Assembly: GCA_963705505.1 (NCBI GenBank)
Contig: CAVPJU010000006.1
Coordinates: 544,001 to 608,000 of the forward strand
Direction: 5' to 3'
Length of the DNA stretch: 64,000 bases
Origin: an uncultured bacterium
GTDB taxonomy: Bacteria > Desulfobacterota_D > UBA1144 > Nemesobacterales > UBA2774
Under the pieces are notes generated by a model. That model was not told where the DNA came from and did not search any database. It saw only the letters and a program-made list of their open reading frames with translations. The translations under genes and the position numbers were made by a program. Positions 20,225 to 29,149 of the stretch are shown one piece after another. The first letter of the stretch is position 1. Each line of letters opens with the position of its first letter.

Positions 20225-20446
20225 TCTCTCCCACATTTATATTGAACAAAATAAACGCCTCTCTCCCCTATATAATGATGAATTATTTAAAATTTATGGG
20301 GATATATGCTATACATAGCGATAAAGATGTTTTTTGACCCCGGCTCTTGACACAGAAAAATTCGTGCCTATTTTATACCTAGTTTTTCAACTGAGTAAGT
20401 TAGTTAACCCTAAACTATTATATTTCTATCCAGGAGGTTTTTTAAG

Positions 20447-20737
20447 ATGGGTGTAAGACCGCTTAACGATAAGGTTTTGATCAAGAGAGTGGATGCGCCG
20501 GAAAAGACTAAAGGCGGCATCATCATCCCCGATACGGCAACCGAAAAACCGCAGGAGGGAGAGGTGGTTGCGGTGGGTAAGGGAAAAGTGCTCGAGAACG
20601 GCACGACGAGGAAGCTTGATGTTAAAAAGGGCGACAAGGTGCTGTTCGGGAAGTACGGGGGTACGGAGATAAATTTTAAGGGCGATGACTTTGTCATCCT
20701 CGATGAAAGTGAAATTTTGGCAATAATCGAATCATAA
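20447..20737 (+). CDS. groES: Co-chaperonin GroES
   Basis: [36 protein letters not shown]. Confidence 0.98.
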   Translation: MGVRPLNDKVLIKRVDAPEKTKGGIIIPDTATEKPQEGEVVAVGKGKVLENGTTRKLDVKKGDKVLFGKYGGTEINFKGDDFVILDESEILAIIES

Positions 20738-20761
20738 AATAAACCGGAGGTATTACAAGAC

Positions 20762-22415
20762 ATGGCAGCGAAGGAAATAAAATTTGAGAGGGCAGCGCAG
20801 GACGCGATATTGAAAGGAGTGAACACGCTAGCGAACGCGGTAAAGGCGACGTTAGGTCCGAGAGGCAGGAACGTGCTTATAGAGAAGACGTTCGGAGCGC
20901 CCGTAGTGACAAAGGACGGCGTGACTGTAGCAAAGGAAATAGAGCTTGAGGACAAGTTCGAGAACATGGGGGCACAGATGGTGAAGGAAGTGGCCTCCAG
21001 GACGAGCGACGTGGCGGGAGACGGCACGACTACTGCTACGATACTGGCGCAGGCAATAATCCGCGAAGGGATAAAGCTCGTAGCCGCAGGGCACGACCCG
21101 ATGAAGTTAAAGAGGGGAATAGACAAGGCAGTGGAAGTGGTAGTGGAGAGCATAAGGAAGCAGAGTAAGCAGGTAAAGGGGCGCACGGAGATAGCGCAGG
21201 TGGCCACGGTATCCGCAAACGGGGACGCAACGATAGGGAACATAATAGCGGACGCGATGGAGAAGGTGGGGAAGGACGGAGTAATAACGGTGGAAGAGGG
21301 CAAGAGCTTAGAGACAGAGCTCGACGTTGTGGAGGGTATGCAGTTTGACAGAGGGTACCTGAGCCCGTACTTCATAACGGACGCCGGAGAAGATGCAGAT
21401 AGAGCTTGAGGACCCGGTGATACTGATGTTCGACAAGAAGATATCGAATATGAAGGACATGGTTCCGTTGCTCGAAGAAGTGGCAAGGAGCACAAAGCCG
21501 CTATTAGTAATGGCGGAGGATATAGAAGGGGAGGCGCTTGCAACGCTCGTTGTGAATAAGCTGAGAGGGACGTTAAAGGCCGCGGCCGTAAAGGCGCCCG
21601 GGTTCGGAGACAGGCGTAAGTCGATGCTAGAGGACATAGCCGTGCTCACAGGGGGCAAGGTTATAGCCGAAGAAGCGGGGATGAAGCTCGAGAACACGAA
21701 GCTTCAGGACCTTGGAAGGGCAAAGAAGATAGTAATAGATAAGGATAATACGACGATAATAGGGGGAGCGGGGAAGAAAGGGGAGATAGAGGGGAGAATA
21801 AAACAGATAAAGGCGCAGGTGGATGAGGCGAGCGGGGAGTACGACAGGGAGAAGCTCCAGGAAAGACTAGCCAAGCTCGCGGGCGGAGTCGCGGTGATCC
21901 GCGTAGGGGCGGCCACGGAGGCCGAGATGAAGGAGAAGAAGGCCAGAGTGGAGGACGCGCTCAACGCAACGAGGGCGGCCGTAGAGGAAGGGATAGTGCC
22001 CGGAGGTGGAGTGGCGCTCATAAGGGCGATAAAGGCAGTGGACGGGTTCCAGGGGGCGGACGACGAGGAGAAGGCGGGGGTGAGCATAGTGAGGAGAGCG
22101 CTCGAGGAGCCTCTCAGAGGGATAGCGACGAACGCCGGATGGGACGGATCGATAGTAGTGGGTAAGGTAAGCGAGGAGAAGGGCTCAAACGGGTTTGACG
22201 CCGCGAAGCTCGAGTACTGCGATATGATAGAGGCCGGTATAGTGGACCCGGCTAAGGTTACGAGGACCGCGATGCAGAATGCATCGAGTGTAGCGGGACT
22301 GCTCCTTACCACAGAAGCCCTGATTGCCGAGAAGCCGCAGTCTAAGGAAGAGATGGGCGGAGGCGGCGGAGGCGGAATGGGGGGCATGCACCCGGGAATG
22401 GGCGGCATGATGTAA
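20762..22415 (+). CDS. groEL: Chaperonin GroEL, split by a 1-nt frameshift near 21384
   Basis: [31 protein letters not shown], then the other frame gives [10 protein letters not shown]...GGM tail. Confidence 0.97.
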
Positions 22416-22446
22416 TTTAAAAAAAGAATAAAAGAGTATAAAACTC

Positions 22447-22487
22447 AAAGGCGGACTGTCCCTCCGGGGACTGCCCGCCTTTTTTTT
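22447..22487 (+). terminator. Intrinsic terminator after groEL
   Basis: GGCGGACTGTCCC/GGGACTGCCCGCC imperfect stem followed by a T8 run. Confidence 0.8.
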
Positions 22488-22601
22488 GGCTGAAACAGAA
22501 TGAGCGGGATTTTTTTAAAGCTGCCGCCCGGCCGCGAATGATAGCGAACGCTCCCTTTTTAAAACATACCGTTTGTGGTTAAAATTTAACCCACGATCAC
22601 T

Positions 22602-23297
22602 ATGCCGGACGCACCTCATTATATAAATCACAGGAAGAGGTTGAGGGAGCGGTTTCAGAAGACGGGAGCCGACGGGATGCACGACTACGAGCTTCTCGAG
22701 CTCCTGCTGACTTTTTCCATTCCCCGGAGGGACGTCAAACCCGTGGCCAAAATGCTTATAAGCAGGTTCGGGGGCCTTTCCGGAGTACTCGATGCGGATC
22801 AAAAAAAGCTCGAAGAATTAACCGGCGTGGGCGCCATGTCGGCTACCCTCATACGTCTCGTAAAAGAGCTGTATAACACATACCTTGCCGAGAACATGAA
22901 GAAGGGAGACGCCCTTTCCTCGCCCGATGCCGTATTGAAGTTCGTCAGGGTCAGGCTTTCCGGTATGTCGAATGAGGCCTTCATGGTGATATTCATGAAT
23001 GTTAAGAACGAGGTGATCGACTACACTATCCTTCATGAAGGAACGGTCGACAACGTGGCCGTTTATCCCAGGCGAATTGTTGAGTCTGCCCTGTCGCGGC
23101 ACGCTGCGGGAATCATTCTAGTCCATAACCATCCGAGCGGGAACCCGGCGCCCTCGAGGGAGGACAAGGCACTCACCAAAGACATCGCGGATGCCGCGAC
23201 TACGCTCGATATAAGGGTATTGGATCACATAATCGTCGGAAAAGACGGCTACTTCAGTTTTATGGAAAATAATCTGCTGTCTATCGTAAAAACGTAA
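22602..23297 (+). CDS. radC: RadC family (UPF0758) JAB-domain protein
   Basis: HRKRLRERF, YELLELLL, VYPR, HNHPSG, LDHII. Confidence 0.93.
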   Translation: MPDAPHYINHRKRLRERFQKTGADGMHDYELLELLLTFSIPRRDVKPVAKMLISRFGGLSGVLDADQKKLEELTGVGAMSATLIRLVKELYNTYLAENMKKGDALSSPDAVLKFVRVRLSGMSNEAFMVIFMNVKNEVIDYTILHEGTVDNVAVYPRRIVESALSRHAAGIILVHNHPSGNPAPSREDKALTKDIADAATTLDIRVLDHIIVGKDGYFSFMENNLLSIVKT

Positions 23298-23379
23298 TCC
23301 CTATCCTGACAGCAGCACACGCACGCGGGGAATATCTCGCAATTATGGTAATCTCGGTTAAACTCCAATTGATCGTGAT

Positions 23380-24021
23380 ATGGATAGCTTGAACCGGGAT
23401 ACCTGCTGCGATAATAAGAAACCCCACCAAAGAGCGTTTTATCTGTCTGTTTTTACCGTCGTATACAATTTTTTCGAGGGAGTTATATCTGTTTTTGCCG
23501 GAACGGTTTCCGGAAGCGTTGCACTTGTCGGATTCGGTCTCGACAGTTTTGTGGAATCGCTTTCGGGGGGAATAATGATCTGGCGCTTCCGGGGGCTTGG
23601 AACGATTTCGCACGAGGAAGAAGAAAGGATAGAGGCAAAAGCGGCAAAATTCGTAGCTTACACGTTTTTTGTACTGGGAGCTTATGTTCTGTATGAGTCC
23701 CTGAAGAAGCTTATTTTACGCGAGCTGCCGGAGCCGAGCCTCCTCGGAATCATAATAGCGATAGTCTCGCTTGTGGTCATGCCGGTATTGTTCTTTATGA
23801 AATATAGAGTAGGGAAGTCGATCGGGAGCAGGAGCCTGGTTGCGGATTCAAAGCAGACGCTCGTCTGTTGTTACTTATCCGTAGCGCTTCTCGCGGGTCT
23901 CGGGCTTAATTACCTGTTCGGGATATGGTGGGCTGACCCTGCGGCCGGAATTATTATAGTGGTATTTCTTATAAGGGAGGGTTATGTGACCCTGAGGGAA
24001 GAAAAAATTTGCGGATGTTGA
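23380..24021 (+). CDS. Cation efflux-like (CDF transmembrane domain only) transporter
   Basis: GSVALVGFGLDSFVE, SLVADSKQT, WWADPAA; Cys-rich termini (CC, CGC). Confidence 0.8.
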   Translation: MDSLNRDTCCDNKKPHQRAFYLSVFTVVYNFFEGVISVFAGTVSGSVALVGFGLDSFVESLSGGIMIWRFRGLGTISHEEEERIEAKAAKFVAYTFFVLGAYVLYESLKKLILRELPEPSLLGIIIAIVSLVVMPVLFFMKYRVGKSIGSRSLVADSKQTLVCCYLSVALLAGLGLNYLFGIWWADPAAGIIIVVFLIREGYVTLREEKICGC

Positions 24022-24117
24022 ACATTGGGAATAAATGAGCGCTCCGCTGTTTGATAACGGACGACGTGTTTACGGATAAGAAAGAAATCTCCCTTCCGGA
24101 CTAATGCTATACGCGAT

Positions 24118-25125
24118 TCAAATAATACGTTCCGCGCTCAAGCTTGATGCAAGTGTGACCATGAAGTAGTACAACGAAGATAAGAAAGACATAAGCGATT
24201 TAATACTCAACAATTTATATCTGTTGTAGAGGGACGACCAAACATCTTTAAGACGGCTTAAAATGGAATTATTGCGAACACTATTAATATCGGGAAGGAT
24301 CCAGTAATTGCCTAATATCGTATCGTACGACTCGGGGTCGAATTCCCCTATGCCGGCTGACGGATAATGAGTGAACTCGCCGAAATATATTTTGCCTGCA
24401 ATGCTGTAGAGGTCCACACGCACGAAATCAAAGGGTTCGGCAAGCGTTTCGGCAACCCGGACCAATTCATCGAGATTTGATGGTCTTTTAACAGGTTTCC
24501 TTGAAGGCAGCCCCTTTTTCCCGGGCCAATCGGACCACGTGAAATTTAAAATATTCCATTTATTATCGTAAAAGTTATCCGAATAATCTTCGAACCTGTC
24601 CTCTACTACCTCGATAATTTTTACTTTGCCTCCGAAGCACAGGAACTTATAGTCAACCGGGGGTAATCCGTTCTCATCGGCGAGAAACTCTTCGACAATG
24701 ATCACGGGCTTTATCCCCTGGTATGACCATTCGTTGATTTCATTCCAGTAGCGGTGACGCAGATAATGACCGCATTTAGCGATTATATCTTCCCTTGTAA
24801 GCCTGGTTTTTGTAACCAGATCCATGCCCCTATCAATTACTATTAAGTCGCCCGAGGTATGGTTTGCTTTTATTACAAACCGGTCGGGAAGGTCATCAAA
24901 AGGAATTTCACTCGGATTATCCGTAACGAAATAGATCTTCTTTAAAATATCTCCGAACCCTTGCTCTTTGAGATAATCGGTCACCCTGTACTTGTCTGCG
25001 GTCATGGTGAGGAGGGGCCTCCGGTCGTACCTCATCTTCCATCTGGTTTTTTCGTTGAAAGTCCGGGGCTCTTCCGGAAGCCTTTCATTGTATAATGACT
25101 TAGCTATGAGATAAGCAGTCTTCAT
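24118..25125 (-). CDS. TupA-like ATP-grasp amidoligase family protein
   Basis: PRTFNEK, ADKY.V, FVIKANH, IIVEEFL, DYKFLCFGGK, FVRVDLY, FGEFTHYP. Confidence 0.85.
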   Translation of the reverse strand: MKTAYLIAKSLYNERLPEEPRTFNEKTRWKMRYDRRPLLTMTADKYRVTDYLKEQGFGDILKKIYFVTDNPSEIPFDDLPDRFVIKANHTSGDLIVIDRGMDLVTKTRLTREDIIAKCGHYLRHRYWNEINEWSYQGIKPVIIVEEFLADENGLPPVDYKFLCFGGKVKIIEVVEDRFEDYSDNFYDNKWNILNFTWSDWPGKKGLPSRKPVKRPSNLDELVRVAETLAEPFDFVRVDLYSIAGKIYFGEFTHYPSAGIGEFDPESYDTILGNYWILPDINSVRNNSILSRLKDVWSSLYNRYKLLSIKSLMSFLSSLYYFMVTLASSLSAERII

Positions 25126-25443
25126 ATCGCCGTAAAAGAGATCGAATAATCCCGGTCTTTGAATTGATATTATACCGCTCTTTTTTGCTGACGGACCGGG
25201 GGATGATAGTCATTTCCTGCAATATGAATATAATGGCCTCCCCCCGGCATAAATCGTATTTATCAGAAACGATTAACTATGTCAATACACTGATCACCCT
25301 ATTAATCCAAATGGTAAATTCAGGCGTTATATGTGAAATTCACTGCTTTGAAAATCTCCCAATCACGATGTATAGTAAAAAATCTCGTATGTGCTACCAT
25401 TTTAATTCCGTAAAATCTTTGATACCCGCCTGTAGAGGATTTA

Positions 25444-25998
25444 ATGAAAGACAGAAAGGATTCTTCTGAGAAAGGGCGCTCAAGCTCGGTCAGCATACTG
25501 AGGTTCGTATTGACTTACGTGCTGCTTATGGGGGCATTTTTCCTATTGCTCGGGTTGAAGCCCATACAAAACATAGTCGATATAAACGGCGGGTATTCCA
25601 ACGCCATAGTATATATGACCGCGAAGATTCTGGGTCTGATAGGTGTTTCGTCCACATTCCAGGGCTCCGTGATACACCTCCCTTCAATCTCCCTCGACGT
25701 CGAGTTCGGCTGCAACGGGCTTGAGGCGGTCATGATATACGCTGTTGCGGTTTTGACCTTCCCGGCTTCGTGGAGGAACAGAATCATAGGCATTGTCGCC
25801 GGTTTTCTCGTCATCCAGGTTCTGAACCTGATAAGGATCGTGGCGCTTGCCTATGCGGGTGTTTATCACAAGGATCTGTTCGATCTAATACACCTCTACG
25901 TAGCGCAGGGTGTGATGATAGCGGTCGCTCTGGCGACTTTCGTGCTTTACCTAACTTACCTGAGCCATGAACAAGGAAAACAAGAAGCCCTTATTTAG
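25444..25998 (+). CDS. Exosortase H-like (exosortase/archaeosortase family)
   Basis: Membrane protein with VEFGCNGLE (catalytic Cys), NLIRIVAL (Arg) and IHLYV (His). Confidence 0.85.
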   Translation: MKDRKDSSEKGRSSSVSILRFVLTYVLLMGAFFLLLGLKPIQNIVDINGGYSNAIVYMTAKILGLIGVSSTFQGSVIHLPSISLDVEFGCNGLEAVMIYAVAVLTFPASWRNRIIGIVAGFLVIQVLNLIRIVALAYAGVYHKDLFDLIHLYVAQGVMIAVALATFVLYLTYLSHEQGKQEALI

Positions 25999-26578
25999 GT
26001 CCGTCCTACTTAAGGCTTCACTTATATTCGTCGTTTCTTATCTTATTTTTCTGGTCGTCTGGCTGGGTGTTAAGGGCTATTACGGAATGGCGATAACGAC
26101 TATCGCCTCACATGCCATTTCACTATTCAAAGACGTGGATATCGTCTCGATAATAAGAAACAAGGATATAGTGGCCGTTGGCTTTATCCCCCAGAAGTAC
26201 GGCGTAACTCTATTAAAGACCACGATCGACGTGCCGATTTCCAACTACACGTTCAACGCCCCGCTGACACTTGCGATAATGGCCGCTTTCTTTCCTTTTT
26301 TAAAAAGAAAGTGGATATATCTGGAGGCTCTTTTGATCCTGGTCTTCGTTCATTTTCTTTTCGTGTTCTCGCTCGAAGGGGAAAAGCTCTCGTCAGCGCT
26401 CCAGACACAGGGCTATGAGAAATCCGGAGCCGTGTCTCAGATATTCTGGGAATTCCTCTGGGGTTTTATAAATAATATGGTCGTAAGGTTCGAGCCGTTT
26501 TTAATAGGCGCATACCTGTACTTTTTCAGGGACCGTAAATCGCCCGTAAAAGAGGCACCGAAGAAAGCCAAGAAATAA
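25967..26578 (+). CDS. Exosortase-associated membrane protein
   Basis: Overlaps the exosortase stop; multi-TM with an NYTFNAPLTLA motif; companion-gene arrangement. Confidence 0.65.
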   Translation: MNKENKKPLFRSVLLKASLIFVVSYLIFLVVWLGVKGYYGMAITTIASHAISLFKDVDIVSIIRNKDIVAVGFIPQKYGVTLLKTTIDVPISNYTFNAPLTLAIMAAFFPFLKRKWIYLEALLILVFVHFLFVFSLEGEKLSSALQTQGYEKSGAVSQIFWEFLWGFINNMVVRFEPFLIGAYLYFFRDRKSPVKEAPKKAKK

Positions 26579-26589
26579 AATCGGTTTAG

Positions 26590-27327
26590 TTAGGAAGCCC
26601 GAGTGTCATCGACGTTGAATAAGATCCCGCTCCACAGCACTCCCAGAAGATAAGTTGAATAAATAAGCGCAATCCCCAGAACGAAAGAAACAGCAACCCC
26701 CGCGATATCGCCTGCTCCGTATCGGCCGCCTGAAAAGAAGAGCTCGTCCGAGAGCTTGAACAGGTCGTCGCTCCTCCACCGTTCGATATCGAGGGAGGGA
26801 GAAAACAACGCCGCCAGGCGTGAGATCACTATAGAGCCCATCTCGTAATAATCTCCGCTGAAGGACATGAAAGGGGCAAACGCTATCGGGAGAGAAAAGC
26901 CGAGTTTGATGCTTGCTGCCCGGGGGGATGAGCGCGGTACCGATCTCAGAAGCGGGACGCCAATGAATATAGTCAGAAGAAAAGGGAAGAATACGGTCAG
27001 TAAATACGTAAGGTCGCTGCCTCCGGTGTCGAATCCTGTGAGCTGCCCCGCATAGTCGGAGCCTGAGGAGACGAAGGGGAAGATTTTCTCTAAAAACGCT
27101 CCGCCGTATCTGGGGCTTATTTCGAGCGCTGTTACGGTTCCGCCGCCCAACATGCAGCCGAATGCATGGCATAGCTCGTGAACCGGAACATATATCCACC
27201 ATGATATAATGAAGATAACTACGACCAGAAGTATGTTGCTCGGAGCTGATTTTGCGAGACATCTGTCGAGGCCCGATAAAAAGTCCTCAAAGGGCAGCAG
27301 TAATATGTGCTTTATTTTCTTTAGCAT
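26590..27327 (-). CDS. Membrane protein with HExxH motif (putative M50-like intramembrane metalloprotease)
   Basis: TM helix ending in VPVHELCHAFG; later SGDYY; several TM segments. Confidence 0.6.
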   Translation of the reverse strand: MLKKIKHILLLPFEDFLSGLDRCLAKSAPSNILLVVVIFIISWWIYVPVHELCHAFGCMLGGGTVTALEISPRYGGAFLEKIFPFVSSGSDYAGQLTGFDTGGSDLTYLLTVFFPFLLTIFIGVPLLRSVPRSSPRAASIKLGFSLPIAFAPFMSFSGDYYEMGSIVISRLAALFSPSLDIERWRSDDLFKLSDELFFSGGRYGAGDIAGVAVSFVLGIALIYSTYLLGVLWSGILFNVDDTRAS

Positions 27328-27448
27328 ATGACAGCCGTTTCATCTTATACAAAAATGTCAATATTGTAAACGGGTTCCACATCTTCGTGCATTATCTTAA
27401 GTTAAATGCCGCAGTACATTAATTAATATGCCTAACCTTTAAAAGTCA

Positions 27449-27477
27449 TTGACAAATATGGATCCGCATTATACAAT
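27449..27477 (+). promoter_or_regulatory. Sigma70-type promoter of the riboswitch leader
   Basis: TTGACA-N17-TACAAT. Confidence 0.75.
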
Positions 27478-27506
27478 TAGTTCGGAGTTTGGAGAAAGGA
27501 TGTTCT

Positions 27507-27594
27507 GATCGAAAGGGCAAACTATTCGAAAGAATAGGGCGCAAAGCCGACGGCCTAAGGGCGAAGTCAGCCTATGGCGGCGGGTTGCCGAAGA
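27507..27594 (+). ncRNA. Cyclic di-GMP-I (GEMM) riboswitch
   Basis: AGGGCAAACTATTC-GAAA-GAATAGGGCGCAAAGCCGACGGCCTAAG...ATGGCGGCGGGTTGCCG follows the class I pattern (GNRA tetraloop stem, GCAAAGCC, CCTAAG/ATGG receptor). Confidence 0.9.
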
Positions 27595-27733
27595 GATGGA
27601 GGATGGGTCGCTATTAAATTCCGCTCTTCTATTTAGATATTGAGGCAGTCCCTCTATGCCCTTTTTGAGAATGTGCTGTCCGGAGTCTCGCATGAGAAGA
27701 GCCGACTGCCGAATACTCAATATCAGCAAACGC

Positions 27734-28840
27734 ATGATTTGGGTTTTTTTAACCCTGCCCGTATTTATTTTTTCGTTATCGGAAAATACCTCCGCAAATT
27801 CATATTATTATAAAAAAGAAGTTAACGGGGTCGTGTATTACACAAATATCGACCCAAAAAGCAGCGGATACAAGAAGATCGGAAGTCCCTGGGGGACGTT
27901 CCGCGGCACTCCCAAGAGCCAGAGGGGGTACCTCGATAAATACAATTACTCCGATGAATTCGATCAGCATATAAACAGCACCGCAAAGTGGTACGGCGTC
28001 GACCCGCTTCTCATAAAAGCGATGATAAAGGTAGAGTCAAATTTCAACCCCGATGCGGTTTCTCCCCAGGGGGCCATGGGCATAATGCAGCTGATGCCGG
28101 GAACGGCAGAGCGGATCGGGGTATCGGATCCGTTCGACCCCGTCGAGAATATCGAAGGCGGAGTCAAGTATTTCAATATGCTTATGGGTATGTTCAACAA
28201 TAACATGACGCTTGCGATAGCCGGGTATAACGCCGGGGAGAATGCCGTTATAAAGTACGGTTATAAAATTCCTCCGTACGATGAAACCATAGAATACGTG
28301 AACAGGGTTTATGCCCATTACGATTATCTGAAAAAAACTCCAGCCGAAAGAAATATCGCCTCTATGATCGCTAAGGAAACGGACAGAACCAATTCATCCG
28401 CCGGCAATAAAAAATCGTTTATATATGTCGAGACTCTCGCCGATAAAGGGGTGAGCAGTCAGGTAAACGCCAAACCGGCTCTCCCGAAACAACCTGCATT
28501 GACGGTCAAAGCGGAAAAAGTCGAAAGGAAAGCCGATAAAACCGCGGCAAGCGGAGATTCCGATACGGTAGCGGGTTCTCTGATTACGAATGACACCGAA
28601 GGGCAGTACGCGGTACAGCTGGCCTCGTTCCCCGACCTTCAGTTAGCAAAGGAGATGGAGGAGTCACTCAAGTCCAAGACCTATCAGGCTTACATAGAGA
28701 AAGTGGATTTGCCGGGCAAGGGGACCTGGTACAGGGTGAAAGTCGGCAAGTTTACTACTGAAGACGAGGCCAAGAGGTTCGGCGACGATATGATAAGCGT
28801 CGAGCCCGATGTTAAGTCCGTTCTGGTCACATTGAACTGA
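27734..28840 (+). CDS. Lytic transglycosylase (SLT) with C-terminal SPOR domain
   Basis: AMIKVESNFNPDAVSPQGAMGIMQLMP, AGYNAGE, ETIEYV; C-terminal YAVQLASF...WYRVKVGKF; start chosen at the signal-peptide Met. Confidence 0.9.
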   Translation: MIWVFLTLPVFIFSLSENTSANSYYYKKEVNGVVYYTNIDPKSSGYKKIGSPWGTFRGTPKSQRGYLDKYNYSDEFDQHINSTAKWYGVDPLLIKAMIKVESNFNPDAVSPQGAMGIMQLMPGTAERIGVSDPFDPVENIEGGVKYFNMLMGMFNNNMTLAIAGYNAGENAVIKYGYKIPPYDETIEYVNRVYAHYDYLKKTPAERNIASMIAKETDRTNSSAGNKKSFIYVETLADKGVSSQVNAKPALPKQPALTVKAEKVERKADKTAASGDSDTVAGSLITNDTEGQYAVQLASFPDLQLAKEMEESLKSKTYQAYIEKVDLPGKGTWYRVKVGKFTTEDEAKRFGDDMISVEPDVKSVLVTLN

Positions 28841-29069
28841 TCCGTTCCAAAACCACAGGGCCGGTTGCTACTCCATGTTCGGCGGCGGGGTTGCTTAAGG
28901 GGATGGTGTTGTTTCACACCTCCGTTTACATTCCGAAACCGGTCTCTAATGTATATTATTTATAGCCCATATATATAATATTCATTATTTGTCCGGGCAC
29001 TCGAATTTATTCCCCTATTGTTATTATTAAAATTAATTTATCACGCCGGACTTAAAAGCCCGTTTTTCC

Positions 29070-29098
29070 TTGACTATCATAGCGCTTTTTTTTAAGAT
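29070..29098 (+). promoter_or_regulatory. Sigma70-type promoter
   Basis: TTGACT-N17-TAAGAT upstream of the Fe-S oxidoreductase gene. Confidence 0.55.
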
Positions 29099-29149
29099 AC
29101 TTAGAGCCGGTCTGGTAATTCGGTCGCCCGCTTATTAAGGAGACAATTT

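Noticed and set aside
20340..20446. CIRCE element upstream of groES
   Set aside because: No TTAGCACTC-N9-GAGTGCTAA match; only a TTGACA-type promoter candidate
20410..22408. Long antisense ORFs opposite groES/groEL
   Set aside because: Explained by the biased codon usage of groEL, which leaves few antisense stop codons
22602..23297. radC as a marker of a mobile element
   Set aside because: Full-length housekeeping-type RadC with no integrase, att sites or transposase nearby
25164..25469. 101-aa ORF upstream of the exosortase
   Set aside because: Spans an AT-rich divergent promoter region, has a TTG start and no protein-like features
28690..28917. Minus-strand ORF with GGAGGT next to its GTG
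   Set aside because: The SD-like sequence abuts the start with no spacer, and the ORF overlaps the SPOR domain antisense
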